DNA of 64,000 bases from Antedon mediterranea (lineage: Eukaryota; Animalia; Echinodermata). The notes below the pieces were generated by a model, which was not told the DNA's origin, searched no databases, and saw only the letters and a program-made list of their open reading frames with translations. The translations under genes and the position numbers were made by a program. Where the stretch lies: the NCBI RefSeq assembly GCF_964355755.1, contig NC_092676.1:9525888-9589887 (forward strand). Direction: 5' to 3'. The stretch's first letter is position 1. Each line of letters begins with the position of its first letter. This document shows, piece after piece, positions 1 through 15,300 of the stretch.

Positions 1-169
1 TAAAAATGAGATATTCTTTAGATTTTGCATATTTATCTCATACAAATTTAAATTTGTAGATTATTAGCAGGCATGCCTTATTTGCATTTTCAAATTACCG
101 TTTCACAAGGTCATATTCGTAAGCACTTTCTTCTGTGATTATTTTTATTCATGAAAACCCCATATTTTA

Positions 170-704
170 TTTACAGCGGCCACCTCCCTTAACGGACGCA
201 CTTTGAAAAGCCTGTTTGTTCTTCCTATCTAATTAGTGCATTTGGTGCTTACCGTAAGCAGCTGCGAGCACCTTTTTATACTAAAAATGAGATTTTTTGT
301 AAGCGGCCAATCGAAAAATGTGATACTTATTGCATGGACCTATGAATTAGAGGTGCATGTTTATTGTATTTCTTTATTGATTAGCTTTATTTTGAAGAGG
401 TTTTAAAAACATTACTGTGAAGAGATGAGAAAACTAGACAGATTTTGACCGACCATTTTTCATATGATAAAAGTTTTTAAAATTTGTCTGAAAATGCTAA
501 AAAATACTAAACCACCTGATTATAAATAATAATATGCCTACAATTAGCTGGAAAATTGAGAGGCTCGTTTCGTTAAGAATATCGTATATAGCCATAATAA
601 GTGATTTTGGCCCTTTATCGGCAGAACCTCCCGTAAGGGGTCACCGCCCGTAAGCGGCCACTTTTCCAGGTCCCGAGGGTGGCCACTTACGGGAGGTTCA
701 ACTG
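170..704. mobile_element. Tc1/mariner(pogo)-like non-autonomous element
   Basis: Right end ...cttacgggaggttcaactg|ta (CAGTTGAACCTCCC terminus followed by TA); internal taagcggcc subrepeats; degenerate left end. Confidence 0.5.
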
Positions 705-3627
705 TATTTAACAAAACAATTATCCTTAGTTACGCATAGAAACAGGTTCTAAGATAACATAAATAATACATTTTGACATAACTTGACCCAAAAAATGACC
801 CTTTCACAAGGTCAGACATTTTCTGGGATTCAGTAGATAAGTAAATTTGGGAAAAGGTAGTAAAGCTATGTAATCAATTGTTTGTAGTCATGAAACCCCA
901 TATTAAAAATATTGCACTTAGTTCCGTATAGAAACAGTTGCTACAATACACTATAGGTAAAATGTTGATGTCATTTGACCTCAATATGTAAATTTTTTTT
1001 TTTTCATGAAACTCCATATTTAATTTTTTTTTTAATATCATTTGTTACGTAAACAGGTTTAAGATAACACTAAAGGTCATTTTTTTTTACCTTTATTCAG
1101 ATTCGTCAAGACTTTCTTTCTGAGATTATTAGGATTCAGTATTTAAAGTAAATTTGGCAAAAGGTAGAAATGTAAAACTATGTTTATGAAAAACCCCTTA
1201 TTTTTTTTAAATTTTCGCATAGAAACAGTTACTATGGTAAAATGTTGACCTCAAAATGAATGAATTTACAAGGTCAAGTTTGTCATTAATGGAATGCAGT
1301 AGAAGTAAAATTGAGAAACATGTACAAATGCAATCAATTCTTTGTATTTATAAAAACGCAATTTTTTACGTTTTTTTTTTAAATTACTTTCCTTAGTTAC
1401 ACATAGAAATGGTTGCTAAGGTAACACTATAGGTAAAATATGAAAATTGTTGAGAATTGTTATGAACTATCTTGTAAATTTTGATCAAACATTAATAGTT
1501 GTAGTAAAGTGGGGACCTGTCCTGTTTTGCATTCTGACCCCTTTTGACCTCAAATGACCTATTTACAAGGTCAGATTTTTTGGGAGGTCTTTCTGTATCG
1601 CTTTACACAAAATAGATTTAAAAATTTATAAAAACCATTGACTCAATTATTTCCAAGTTTAACATTATTTTCCATCAACTAAATATTTCAATGCAAAATA
1701 CTGTTTTTCTGGCAATTAATTGAAATAAACCTGGCAACACATTCTCCTATTTTATCTAAACTATTCGTATGACTCTAGTAGCATTATGACAAGCCATATA
1801 TACATTTTATTATTGGATTAGCCATATTTAAATTGTGTTTCATGTGTTTTGTTTGTTGATATTTTGTTATATTTTTTGCATTTTTCGTATTTTCCTGGCA
1901 ACACAAAACCTATGTACGAAATTTACCCCAGTGTTTTTTCGTGATTATTGTTGACAAACCTATTGACTATCAAATTAAAAAACCTCATTGATTTAAAAAC
2001 ACCACTTTGGAAGTTATAGGTACGTTTATGAGGTATACTTTTATAAAAAAAATATTTTTTAAAAACACCCCTTTTTAAAATAATGGTATCAACCAAACTC
2101 CATTTTGTAATTTTTTTTTTTCTATATTAAATGGAACTCAATACATGTTGTTTACACTGCTATAAACAAAAACTGTATACTGTAAGTATTTTTGGTTAAA
2201 ATAAGTATACAAGTTTGTACTTTTTCACTATAGAAAATCTGTGAAAAATGGCAAAAACATCAAAATTTGGATAATTGACCGTTGTCATGGCAACGAAGGC
2301 TAAAAATTAAAATGAATGTTGTAGATATGCTTTTTATTGAAATGTCTATTCATGGTAAAAATTTGAGAGAAATCCATTTTTTACATCTGCCACCAAATCT
2401 TTGATTTTTACAGACAATGGCTCTTAAATACGTAGTGTACTGTAGATGAATTATTTTGTCGATTACGTCGGTTTTTGTTGTTGAAATGGTTTCAGTTTAA
2501 TAAATATTGGGAAACGATGATGATTAAAAAACAAGGTGGACTTTCTCCACAAAAGACTAAAATAAAAATTAAAGTAAAATAAAACAAAGCACTTAATGTA
2601 TACTAATGAGTCCACACAATTAAAGCAAATAAAAAACCGTTATGCAAGCCTGTGTTAGCATACCTGATAACCCGGATTGAAACATCAAAGAAGAAAACGC
2701 TAGGCCTATGACCAGGCGAATGCAGTTTTGAAAACGTTTAGCAAACATCTTTCACTAAATTCCACGTGCTAAATTTTGCCTCCAGAAACACTAGTAAACA
2801 TGTATGCTCGTGTAATACTGCGATCGTTGTTAATTTGTGACAGGCTTTATGTAATAATAGTCCTTTTATTTCCCCATCGCTAATCCGGTACGAAAACTTG
2901 AATACAATTCAAACAATTCCGCCATGATTACTACTAACAACTGTTTATTGCAGTATAACGAACTAGAAGAAAGATAGATAAAAAAAGGAGGAAAGAAGAG
3001 GCATGAATATTACATCTTTGCATAGTAAATATTGTTTCTTTGTTAGGCCTATATTAAATATTTGCAAAAATAGTACCAATAGAATGCTTAAAATTGTCTT
3101 TTTTGTTTGCATGGCAAAATCAAATGTTGATATAAAGTTTGCGGTACACCACGTATATTAGTTCTGAAAAGAAATGTTGAGTTTCTCGGCGTTTCGATCA
3201 ATGCTTTGATCGTCCTCAGGAGTGAGAATGCAGACATTTTGATGGCAAACAAATACCATATTCCATTCTCACTACCGTCATGCACACGTTGCAATAAAAC
3301 AAAATGTTTGCAACATTGTACTAAAAATGGGACAAATAATTAATTTCTATACACACTTAGCGTCTTTCAAATTGTAAATATAATACACAAAAGCATACAA
3401 TTTAAGAAATTAAAAACAAACGTGACTCGAACTAAATTTTCATATTCTTTTTGATTATTATTTTGCATTACACCTACTTTGTTTTATATCTTCTTTTTTG
3501 TGCCTTAAAAATTGTCCAATGTGGTTTGTGCGATATTTTTTTTTTATGTAAATTTTTAAATAATTTCATTTGGATCCTAATATTATAGGAGATAATGTTT
3601 CTCTATGTTAATCCTAGAGATTGAAAG

Positions 3628-3899
3628 TACTAATAATGGTACTTACAAAAACGTTTCGCAAACAGTAGACTGTTGATCTTACAGTCTGATCAATACGTCA
3701 CCTCGGTGTTTTTTTAGGCCACTGTGTTTTCCTGGGTCTGAATGATGTCATGGTATGTAAGAGGTTGTGTTCACCTCTCAGTAGTTTTTTTCTTATCCAA
3801 AATAGATTCACTTACTTTTCTTTCAAACCAAGATCAACAGTCTTCTTGAAAGCAAACTGAATGTTTGCGAAACGTGTTGGAAGTACCATTTTTAGTAGG
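3628..3899. mobile_element. MITE-like inverted-repeat element
   Basis: tactaataatggtactt...gtttcgcaaaca...gactgttgatctt is mirrored by aagatcaacagtc...tgtttgcgaaac...aagtaccatttttagta. Confidence 0.55.
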
Positions 3900-5582
3900 C
3901 CTACCTTTCGATCGATTGGGTCAACAAAAAAGAAGCATTCTCTCCATTTATATTGTTTGTTTTTAAATAATAATAAGTGTTTTCTTTAATTCACTGTACT
4001 GTATTATGTATTTTTCATCACGTCTTCTATTGTTGACAGCTACTTTGAAATACTTCAATATAGTCTCCATTCAATTGCATCTGGTCGAAAAAATGCAACT
4101 ACAGGTGGCTCACTGGAGATTGAGAGGGCGCAGGATAGAGCGGATGTTCGAGTTGTGGTATCTTTTGCAACTTTAAATCAGCATATTTATATCTCTTCAA
4201 AATTCTCATTAATACTTACAGTGTTCAATAGCTGGGTCATAGAATAATTGTGACGTCGAGTTTTTTTTACTTAGTAAATAGAAAACTATTAAAGGATATG
4301 AAAAATCGTTATTAAAAATGATAAGTTTAAGAAGCTGTTTCCACAGGATTGTTATCAGAGTGACGACAAGATAGTTATTTTAAGATTCTTTAAATCAAAT
4401 TATATATTTAAGATAATAAACTTGTAACCTACGTAGAAAAATACATATCCATTTTATATAATATGGTTTTAAACAATTGATTATTAAGTGATATTTAACT
4501 TTGGCATATAGTATCAGTACAATGTAAAGATGGGTTGTGTTTTTTAGTGGAAAATGGCCTCATTTTCCATGTAAGTTCGATACTAATGTGAATAGGACTC
4601 TAGTAGTATAATAGCTATCGTCTTTTTTCTTCAGTAAAAGTACAGGTTGTATTCTTAATTAATCAATAAACATGTTCCGGTAGAGGCGGCTCGGAGTTTT
4701 CGTAATCGTATCCAGTAGAAGAAGTAGTAGCTTAATTCCTTAATATTCACTTTCTTCACATTTTTCGACAATGTTTGGTAATCAGTATCTGTTGTGCATA
4801 AATTGGGTTGAGCAGTAGAGGATTTACAAACGTCCTTTTCTTAATGTTTACAACGAAATCTAAAATTGGTAGTTTCATCGGTCAGCGAAGGATCAAGTAT
4901 GTAAGCGGAATTTGTCAGAAATTTCTGTATAAAATTTATGGTCTATTAATGGAAAAAAAACAATAGAATTCGGTGTCGGTAAGGTAAAAACATTAAACTA
5001 CTACTAAACTACTTAAACACATTTTGTTTACATTTTCAAATTTCACTTGAAAATGTCATTGACTTATTGTGCCATTATTTAATAAATTCATTTTAACCAT
5101 AGAAACATCGAGTATACATTGTACATTACACTTGATATCGAATAATAGAGTTACTGTTGGATTCGATCATACTCACTAGAGACGGGCTGAATATAATTTG
5201 ATAGAAGTAATATATGTCATGGTACTAAAATAATGCTTGCAAATGTTTTTGTATTTCCATCAATACTACAGAGATCACTACTTAGTAATAATACCATTCT
5301 TTAAAACAATATTATCTACCGCTTATTTTGACAAAATTATTTTTCCACACAATTTGTGAATTCACGTCTATCTTTTCTGGTTTTGTCAAAGTATTAATTT
5401 TATCTTTGTAACATTTTAGAACATTTGTCCATCAACTAACAAATGCTACATTAAATATAACGTCACTACCTCCATTTGGTTGTAAATGTTATTTGTAATT
5501 ATACTTGCTTCAGCTTATAGATATTTAATATGGCCATTAAAGGAGTCATAGTAAAAAATGCACTGCAATGAAATACATTCTT

Positions 5583-5744
5583 TTGTAATTAGTGGAGGGT
5601 CACAGCCCCAACCCTCCCTGATTGATTGGACTAGATTGGCTGGACTAAACTACAAGTTGTTGTTGTAATTAGCGGAGGGTCACAGCCCCAACTCTCCCTG
5701 ATTGATTGGACTAGATTGGCTGGACTAAACTACAAGTTGTTGTT
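5583..5744. repeat. Two-copy 80-bp tandem duplication
   Basis: gtaattag(t/c)ggagggtcacagcccc...aagttgttg at 5585 and 5665. Confidence 0.9.
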
Positions 5745-6339
5745 ACTAATAAGTAAATAGAAATTGACTTTTACAAATTGCCATTGATACCACAAAAATA
5801 CGCAAAGTTGTGTGCAAAAGTTTGTTTCAGTGAAATAGTGAATCTGCTAAAAATTCTAATATCTGGCACACAGTGGGTATAAACTCTTTAATCCTATTTT
5901 CAGTTGTTTTCTCCTCTCAATAACATAATCTGCCATAAAAATTTAATTTTCTAAATATTTTACAAACCTATTAAACATTAACTTCTGTTTGAAATTATAA
6001 ATACACCAAAATATTATAATAACTTAGCATCGTAAACTCTGAAGAATAAAAATTAGTGCCCCAAGCTGCTTGTTATACAGAATTAATTGGAAGTGAAGAA
6101 GACAGTAAAAACAGGGCACTTAAATTTTATCATCGTCCAATCAAGTGACTGAAATCTATCTAGGTATTATCTAAATATTGATTTGCAAACTCTTACAAAA
6201 TAGTACTGTGACTCAAGGACTTCCGTTAATAATAAATTCATTATCATGGTTTCCGTTTTTTCTGTAAGTTACACAACATAAGAAAATAAGTAATAACTAC
6301 AGTTAAAAAGATAAGAGATACTCGCTACAGAAAATCAAC

Positions 6340-9300
6340 ATGGCAGAGTTGGCCCAACCCGAAAGCAATCATTCACCCAGGGAAGATTCTTGCTATGGAT
6401 GCTTTCAGTTCTTAAATGTCATATATGCCGTAAGTAATTTTACTTTTGCGTATTATTTTAAAATAAATTTATTAAAAACGATGATAGGATAAATACATTT
6501 TAAACATTAATTCTAATAAGAATGGCGCGCGACCAAGATATCTACAAATTAACTAATAACTTTATTTTGTGATAAATGGCCTACAAGAAAAACATACTAT
6601 AGCAATGCACCGATTATGTTAAATATAAGGAACCAATGTTATTATTTGTTCTCATAGATAAGTGGAATAGGAATGGTGGTATTGAGTACTCGGGTTTTAG
6701 TTAACATCAACAGGGAGTTGGTCACTGTGATGTATGGCCAATTCTTTATACATGCGGCATTTTTTATCCTATGTGGTTTAGTCGTAATGGCCCTGACTAT
6801 ATTTGGAATTTACAGTGGATGGAAGAGAAATAGGTGTACTGTTTTTGCGGTAAGTCCAACCTCCTACGTCGCCGTATTTAAGGACAACACAAATATAAAG
6901 GTATTAATCAAAACCTCAGTTCAGTTCAGTTTCCTAACCCCAGAAAGGGTTGTTGACGCACCACTGCTGACTTTTGGACAACAATCCTCCTCCATCGAAC
7001 TCTGTCCTCTGTAGCTCGTTGTGAGTCACCAAAGGTCAAACGTGTCCATTTCTTGATGTTGTCTTCCCACCTCTTTCTCTGTCTGCCTCTCCTTCTCCCT
7101 CCTGATATGTTACCCTGTATGGCCAGCCCACTGGATCTCGACACGTGTCCATTGATATGCTATTTTCTTGACCAATGGTCAAAAATAAAGTTTCACTATT
7201 AAAGTGAATAGAATATGTTTCTTCTGACACCAACTACGACCATATCCGCCCAACAATTTCTGAGATATGAAAAGTGTGCTCCAAACCAAAAATGTTTGTG
7301 CCGGCTATATGTCAAAGGTCAAAATTATGGGATTTATTGACAGTGTTACGATTTTTTTTACATTATAACAAATATAAACATATACTTTGCGAGTAATTTG
7401 GGACAACAATTATCACTTTCTGACAAGTGGTTGATGAGATATTCATATGGCCAATTACTTGAATACTGGTCAGAAAAGTAAAACAAATATTCCAATACAC
7501 CCAGTAGTTACCAAGTTGCGCAAAGTCTTACTTTTGACCCATATTGGCCCTTTGACCCCTGTACTGACCAAGCATCCTAATGTTTTATTCGGCAAACAGC
7601 AACAAATTGATTTGTATTGATATAAGGAAGATAAGATAAGATAAGATAAGATAACTGTTATTGATCCTCAAAAAAGAAATTCATTGCTCGTGATAATAAA
7701 AAAAAAACCAAGAAAACACAATAAAAACAAATAATAGCAAATAACCATTCATATAAAAACATCTAAAAAAATACAAGATAATATTATCTTCTTGACTTCC
7801 TGTTGTACTGGATGATACCGGAGGGAATAAAGGATTTGGCATATCGATTTGTTTTCACACTGAGGAGCCTCAATCTACCACTTGGATTAAGTTGGTCTAT
7901 GATCACTTTGTGGAGAGGATGAGAGGCATCCGACTCAATGCGTTCGAAATCTTTCTGGAGGTGTTCTAGGTGCACATCGGTAATGGAAGGCAGTTCCAGA
8001 CCAATCATTTTACCAGCCCGACGGATGAAAGTTTCAAGGCATCCTTTATTCCCTCCGGTAACATTACCAGCCCAACGGGAGAGGCAGTACGTCCAAACAC
8101 TACATATAACGGATCTATAGAACGAAAGTAACATCAAATCACAGGAGTTAAATTTATAAAAAGTTCTCATACAATACATTCTGGGATTTAATTTTTTGCT
8201 GATGAAGTCTATATGGCCTCCTCAACTCAGTTTATCATTGAAAACAATTTCTAGATACTTGTACTGGTCAACAATTTCAATTTCTTTACCTTTGATAGTG
8301 ATTGGTTGAAAATTAAATTTATGTTTAGTCCTAAAATCAATGATCATCTCCTTTGTTTTTGATGCATTTATTTGGAGATAATTATCGTCACAAAATTTAA
8401 CAAATCTTTGTATTTCGCTATGATAATTTTCATCATTGTTTGAAACTATGAGACCAATAGTACTAGTGTCATCAGCGAATTTAACAACGGAGCAAAGCTC
8501 ATCATTTTAAGATCTGTAATCGGCCGTATACAAGGAATATAATTTAGGTGCGTTGACAGTACCCTGAGGAACACCGGTGTCAGAGGTTACGATTTCTGAC
8601 TTAACACCATTAATATTAACAAATTGTTTTCTATCACAAATGAAATTTAAAACTAAACGAACAACAAAACATTGTTGCCATAGTTTGCTAGAGGGTACAT
8701 ATTGTATTGTACTATGTATGATATGATGTGAATAAAGTTATGTATGTATGTATGTATTATAACACCACACATATCAACAAAAATACGTAATATCAGGGAA
8801 AATTATAAATTAATTTATCCGCGGTCGCTCGCCGTGACGAATGATGGGCCGCTAGCCGACATGCGTTAGCCACGATCGCGATTACTAATGTAAAATCCTA
8901 TACGTTTGACGACACGACACAGTGACAGATGTTGTGTGCGTTTATAAAATGGGAAACCCCGAGCTGCACTGAATTTTCCTGCTATTGGTTGATGGATCAG
9001 TTTTTTTACTCTCCAGAAAAAGAAATAAAATAAATTTAAAAATCATGAAAATAACGTTGAATTACAGATTAACAAACAGAAGAGTAGCATACAATCTAAT
9101 AATAGTAGGCCTATTTCAACAATATGGAAACTGTGTGAAGCCAAGGGAAAACAAACAAGCATAAATGAAGCGATAAAGGAAGACTTGTTGAAGAGTTGAT
9201 GAGAAAATGTTACTAAGCCTGGTTACCTAGCTTAATGGACTGTTTGGCGCTTTGCTTGAGAAGAGAAGATATCTTTCTAAGGCCATGTAGCCTTATTTAC

Positions 9301-12300
9301 CAATCACATTATCTAAGGGAAACGCCCTAATAATGAACAAATTCCTATCCAACTGAATATCCATTAAGTGAAATATCCCGGTCAAGTGTATTTCAATTAT
9401 TGCATCATAAGTTATGCAAATCATGATTCATTGCTAAAACATCCAATGATTTTTATTTTTTATTACTAAAATATATTTACTTCATAATGACATTTCATAA
9501 TATTGATATCTTGACATATTCATTAACATGTTTATTTCTTATCGTATTCATTTTTCTTAACGTATTCTTTCTTAAAACATTCATTTTCTTAAAGATGTAT
9601 TGTCCCCCAAAAAATGAAAAATAAAGATGAAAAAAATCAAATTTTGAATAGACCGTTTTGTAGTTAACATAAAGTTATTCACTTCCACCGAAAAAAAATC
9701 TGAAAAAAATATTGATTTCGCTTATAAAAAAATCAAAATAAGTTTACCATTTTTTCGAACTCATCGGCTCAGAAATTAGGCCGGTAAAGCTAACTCATAC
9801 ATATGCATGATATGTTAATGAGCATCCACACAGCAGAGATCTGATCTAACAATGGACGATGCACGTTGTATGTACAACAACACCACCAGAGATCGACGCG
9901 ATCGTATAAATATGTAAAGCTGAGCTGTTAATTTGTCGGTAAGTAGGCCTAGACGGTTATTTTAAATATAATAATATATATAACGCAATAATATCAGGAA
10001 GGTAAATTTATTAACTTAGCCTGGGATTTTTTCAGTTCAGGGCTAGGCCTAGGCCTAGATTAATACATGCTGCTGCATATTACTAGGCTAGTAGCAAGCA
10101 GACTGTGACAATCGGGTACCTGCAGAAGATGCCCAGCTAGGCCCTATACATTGTACTCTTCATAGACTGGCCTAGGCTATATGCCATCAATCTTAGCTAC
10201 ATTCCGAAAATACAGCCAGCTTGCTGTACCATATATATTTACAGTTGAAGCTTGTTTAATTTAACTAATTTTTATGATAAAAATAAAACAAACATTTTTC
10301 AGGGAAAATGGTTGCAATACAAGCCTGAAATTGAGAACCTTCCAGCAGCACTGTACAAGTAGACAGAGGGGAAAAGCCAGCTTAGCCATTTTACAACACA
10401 AACAACAAATGTTCTCTGTACTGTAGTAAGTCAAATATTTATTTTCTCTTTATATAAGTTATAACATTATAAGTAATGTGTTTTAATTACCATAGAAAGG
10501 TAGTATACTTATTTGACTATGTCAAAGTAAGCAATTTCACTAGCCCAATTTTGCACCAAATATGCATGATCTATTTTTTCCAGATTTTCATACTTTGCTT
10601 TTACTTTTTTTAAAGACGTTGAGCTGATGAAGACTGGAACAGAGGTCACCCAAAGACAACAATGATAGACTCGGTATTGGAATATGATTGCATTGCAGGA
10701 AAAATATTTCTGACTCTCCTGCTGCATTCGGCCAATATGTTCTTGTCCAGCTTGTAAAATATTGTATAATTTTTTTGTATTATATGTACAGTACATTATT
10801 TTGTAAACATAACATTCAATAAATAAAAAAAAACCTATTACAACAGTTCAGTACACAGGATAAATTCTTCAAATTTACTTACACTTCACAATTTTACTGT
10901 AAATATTACAGTTCAAAAGGAGTTAATAAAATATATATATACAGTATATCTTATTGAATTCCTGTATTGTTTTTTGTGTCAATTTGTCTAAATTATCAAT
11001 GTGTTGATTAATGGCAGTAATTACGACAGCTATAGTCTTCTAAGATCGCTCACATCCATTACAAAGTGTCATTTTAATAGTAAGAAACGTTTCAATAAAT
11101 TGTGAATGTTGCCACTGTACGATACATTTTATGTTTCTCACTACCTGCTCTCATTGTTCAATCAACCTAAAAAAAAAAAGAAATTTGTGTCAAAATATCT
11201 GCATAAAATGTTTATTTGCGGAATGTTAATTTGAACCTATTGCATTTGATACAGAAAATATTTTTTAAATATTGCATCAGTAAAACATCCAAAACAATAT
11301 TAAGATTTTCTTTTTTTTTTAATTTTCACTGCTGAATAGATAGTTGAAATCTTTAATTCATCATGATTAAAACAAAAATACATCCCTTCTGGTGGTGGTC
11401 TACTGTAGCCCTAGCTAGCAGTGTACTGCCTAGACACCCTGCCTAGGCCTACTACACTCTACTTCTAGAGACAGAAGTAGGCAGCAGTTAGGCTACTCGA
11501 GACTAGTAGTACAGTAGCAGCAAATTCGGGCCTAGGCCTAGCTAGGCCTCTCCTGTTAGCGAAACAAAAACTCACCTAAATGAATAAGATTCAACATCAA
11601 AGTTACCAACTCTAATTCTAACTTAGCATTCTGCTAGCTATAGTTTTCGTGTTTTCTTCAAGATTCGTCTCGCATCACTACTCGACTCTCTCGCACGCAT
11701 GCATTGCTATCGTTGTTGGCTGTTGATTTGGAAAGCATCATCATCCACATGATGTATCCATACAATATGAATATTTATGAGCTAACTCAGGTCAAGGGTT
11801 AAATTAAACCGGAACACATTTGTCTTCCAGACAAATAGCTTCCGGTTGGTTAATTTTTGCATTAAATTGCGATTTTTCCGTGTAAAAAATTATTTTTTTC
11901 AATCCAAATTGAGGTCAAAGTGAATAACTTTTATGTGCAATTAAAATGGCCTATTCAACAAAAATATTGAAAAAAATTTTTTTTTCAGGGGGACAATACA
12001 TCTTTAACATATTCGTTCCTTAAAAATGTATTGTACCCTGAAAAAATTTAAAAACAACATTTTTAGTCGCGTGCTCACTATATCGGTCGGTTGGTCGGTC
12101 TGTCGGTAAACACTAACTTGAGCATGCTTTGTTTTTTAATATGCCATTTTAATGCAACATAATAGAATGAAAAAAAAAATGTATTTACCTGAAAAAAACT
12201 GTAATTTAAACTAGGCTGCCAGCCAATGGTTTTTGGTTGAATTTAACAATTTATTATGTTATTTTCATACATGAAAACATTTTTTCCCCATTTTTTTTAT

Positions 12301-15300
12301 ACGAAAGTGATTAATTTTAAAACAAAATAACATATTCAAAGTCTGATTTATTTAATCTTCATTTCCATGTTTTTGGGGGACAATACATCTTTAACATAGG
12401 CCATAATTTTAGCAAATTCATTTCTTAACGTAATCATATTTTTGCATATTCATCTTTTGTATACTGTATTAATTTCTTAGCATATTATTTCTTAACCCGT
12501 ATTCATTTTTTTAAAACATTCATATCTTCATTTCTTGTCATGATCATATTTTAGCACATTCATTTCTTAACATGTTTGTTTCTTAACATCATCATAATCT
12601 TAGCATGATAATTCTTTGGTTTTTTTTTTTACTCGGGGTAATCTAGTCTAGGACTCTCTCATCTTCTCCTCTTCCTCCTCTGGACACTATTGAGCCAACT
12701 TTCAAGTCATAGTTCTTTTTGCGTCGTATGACGACTCTGAAACTTGGCGTGCATATACTAGGGTAATAGGTGAACAAAGCTATAGAGAGAAAATGTTCGT
12801 ACTTCAACCCGATGCAAAACGAATGCAGAATTATGAAGTCATAAACATGGTACCAATCGAAAAAAGGTGCGATTTATAAAGTACTAAACTCCTCCCTTAT
12901 TCGTTGTAGTATTAAGCTGGGATTTGGCATGGGTATACTACTCAAAGCTATAGAGCCGGATTTTTTAATTTCAAACCGGATGCAGCCATATGACGTCTCG
13001 AAGATGGTACCTTGGTGGCAAACGATTTTCGTCGTAATATAGCCGTGTTTGGTGTCATTTCAAAGGTCCTGACTTGGAGAATAAGAATATATACAGTAAA
13101 ACTATTATTATATTGTGACGTCACTTCTGCTTACGGAAATAGCAAAAGAATCGGAACAATTTGCCAAAACAACATAATTTCAGGAATTATTTGTATACAT
13201 TGCATATAATCAGTTTCGATATAAATGAGAAATCATTGCATTACAAATGTAGATGTGATTTGAACAATTTCGCTCCAAACTGACTTTACAGTTTCATTTT
13301 TTCTTGTCTTTTTACTATCAATTATCATATGACAACCGTAAGTGAATCAGAACCTTGTCCAGGACTGCAGCATACACTTACAAATCATAGAATACAATCA
13401 AATTTAGCGCACATAATAGACGACTTCTGCCGATCACATAACACACTGGTCACACTGAATAGGACAGTAGGCATATTCCATTGGTGACCTTTTCACTCCA
13501 GCAACTTTAATTTTACTCCCTGATAGATGTATGTCATGTGGAGAGACATACCTATTCGAATGAAGAAAGAGATGTGTATATACCACAATATCGGGCATGC
13601 CATCCCGATTAGTGTGAATGAATGGACAGCCGAGCCTGAATATATAGAATAGACCCATCTAAGGTGTGTGAGGTTATTGATGTGTATGTGACATTACATC
13701 CCGTCTTATGACGTCATTACAGCTTCTTTTGCACTGTACCCCGAGTATCGCACATTTGTGCTTGTTTATTTCTTAACGTATTCATTTCTTAACGTAATCA
13801 TTTCTTCTTAACACATTCTTTTCTTAACACATTCTTTTTTAATGCATTCATTTCACGTATTCATTATCGAAGTATATTCAATTCAATGTTAATAAACTTT
13901 TTTAGATAAATTAATTAATTTCTTGAGTTATTGTTAGATTTATTATTTTTCATTTTCTGTTTCCGTCGGAAAACTCCTGCTCGTGGTACATCTGTAGAAT
14001 TCTGGTTAGCAGGGACATCACCAGCCAAATTGCCTGTAAGGAATAAATACAATGTCTTCATTTTGTTTTTAATAATAGTACTATTTGTATTAGTGAAAAA
14101 AACATAATAAAATGCATGTTTATTTTTATATAATAAAATAAATTACCTTCGCTTGGCTTGCAGCTGGGAACAGCATTTTTGAAAGTCTTACTATCCTTTT
14201 CATCTGTCCATGTTGACGACAATAATGCTGTAACGAATAATTTCAGAGACAATGCCATTGGTGATATCATTGGAAGTGGTGATGTTTTCTGAGATTACAG
14301 AATCCTTTGTGACGACTTTGCTAACTTTGTCCTTATTGATGATGGCAAGGCTATTAGGGACAACATCTCCAATGTAATCCTTCACTTTTTTAGTGACCAC
14401 GACAACATCTGGGGTACTATCGTCAAGAGGCATGTTATTGTCAAAGACTTTTATGGCTGCAGCTGCTGCCTAGGTGGTGAAATCCAGTTCACTGACCTTT
14501 CTTTTACTTTCTGCATCTTCTTGCACATGGTTCTTAATATCTTTAGAACCACTGATGCATTGAGGTTCATCAATAATGTCATTCAGGTCTGTAAAATGCA
14601 AACATTGTGTCACATTTTGTACATTATTACCTTCATGTAGGGTTTTAAAAAAATTGTGAAAATAAGAGAAATAATTAGATTGATTGTAATAAGTACCTGA
14701 AAGTGCATCATAAAATATCTCATCATCGCTCTCATCATCATCGTCTCTCCAATCACCATCAAGTGACGGTTTTGACTTCTTCGGCATATCTTCAACGTTT
14801 TTCTCAACATCATATTTCGAGTTGATTTTCGTGGAACTGGGATGTCTTCACAATGAGAAGCCTGTAAAATTAAACGATGAATATGGGTATATAAAGCAGC
14901 TTACACTACTAAAAAATGTCCATGTTCTTTTTAGGAAAGAATCGTTAATTGTTTACCACACAACCATTTAATTACATTTACACTATTTAAAATTCCTTGT
15001 AAAATGTATATAAAATTCATAAAACGGTCAAATGAGGCATTACAAAATCAACTTTAGGATATGGCCATCAATTGAGAAAAATTAAGTTGAGATACACTAA
15101 ATCCTGTGAATAACAGAAAAAAAAAAATGGCACTATTGTATGATGTCTGTACAGTCTATTTTTGTCCTTCAAAATGTTCTGTGTCATATTTTTCACAGAT
15201 GCACCTATTATTTTGGTGTTGCCAATGAGTTTCTTGGCCTCTTTTACAATATTGTCATCACCTTGGATTGAATGTGCCATCTTGTTTACCCTTTTTTCGC

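Noticed and set aside
10700-10760. AAFGQYVLVQ as a KolX-like motif
   Set aside because: The match is too short and the surrounding frame is closed; it cannot be supported without a search.
14470-14472. Programmed stop-codon readthrough in the nested gene
   Set aside because: Several other stops and frameshifts in the same gene indicate ordinary decay.
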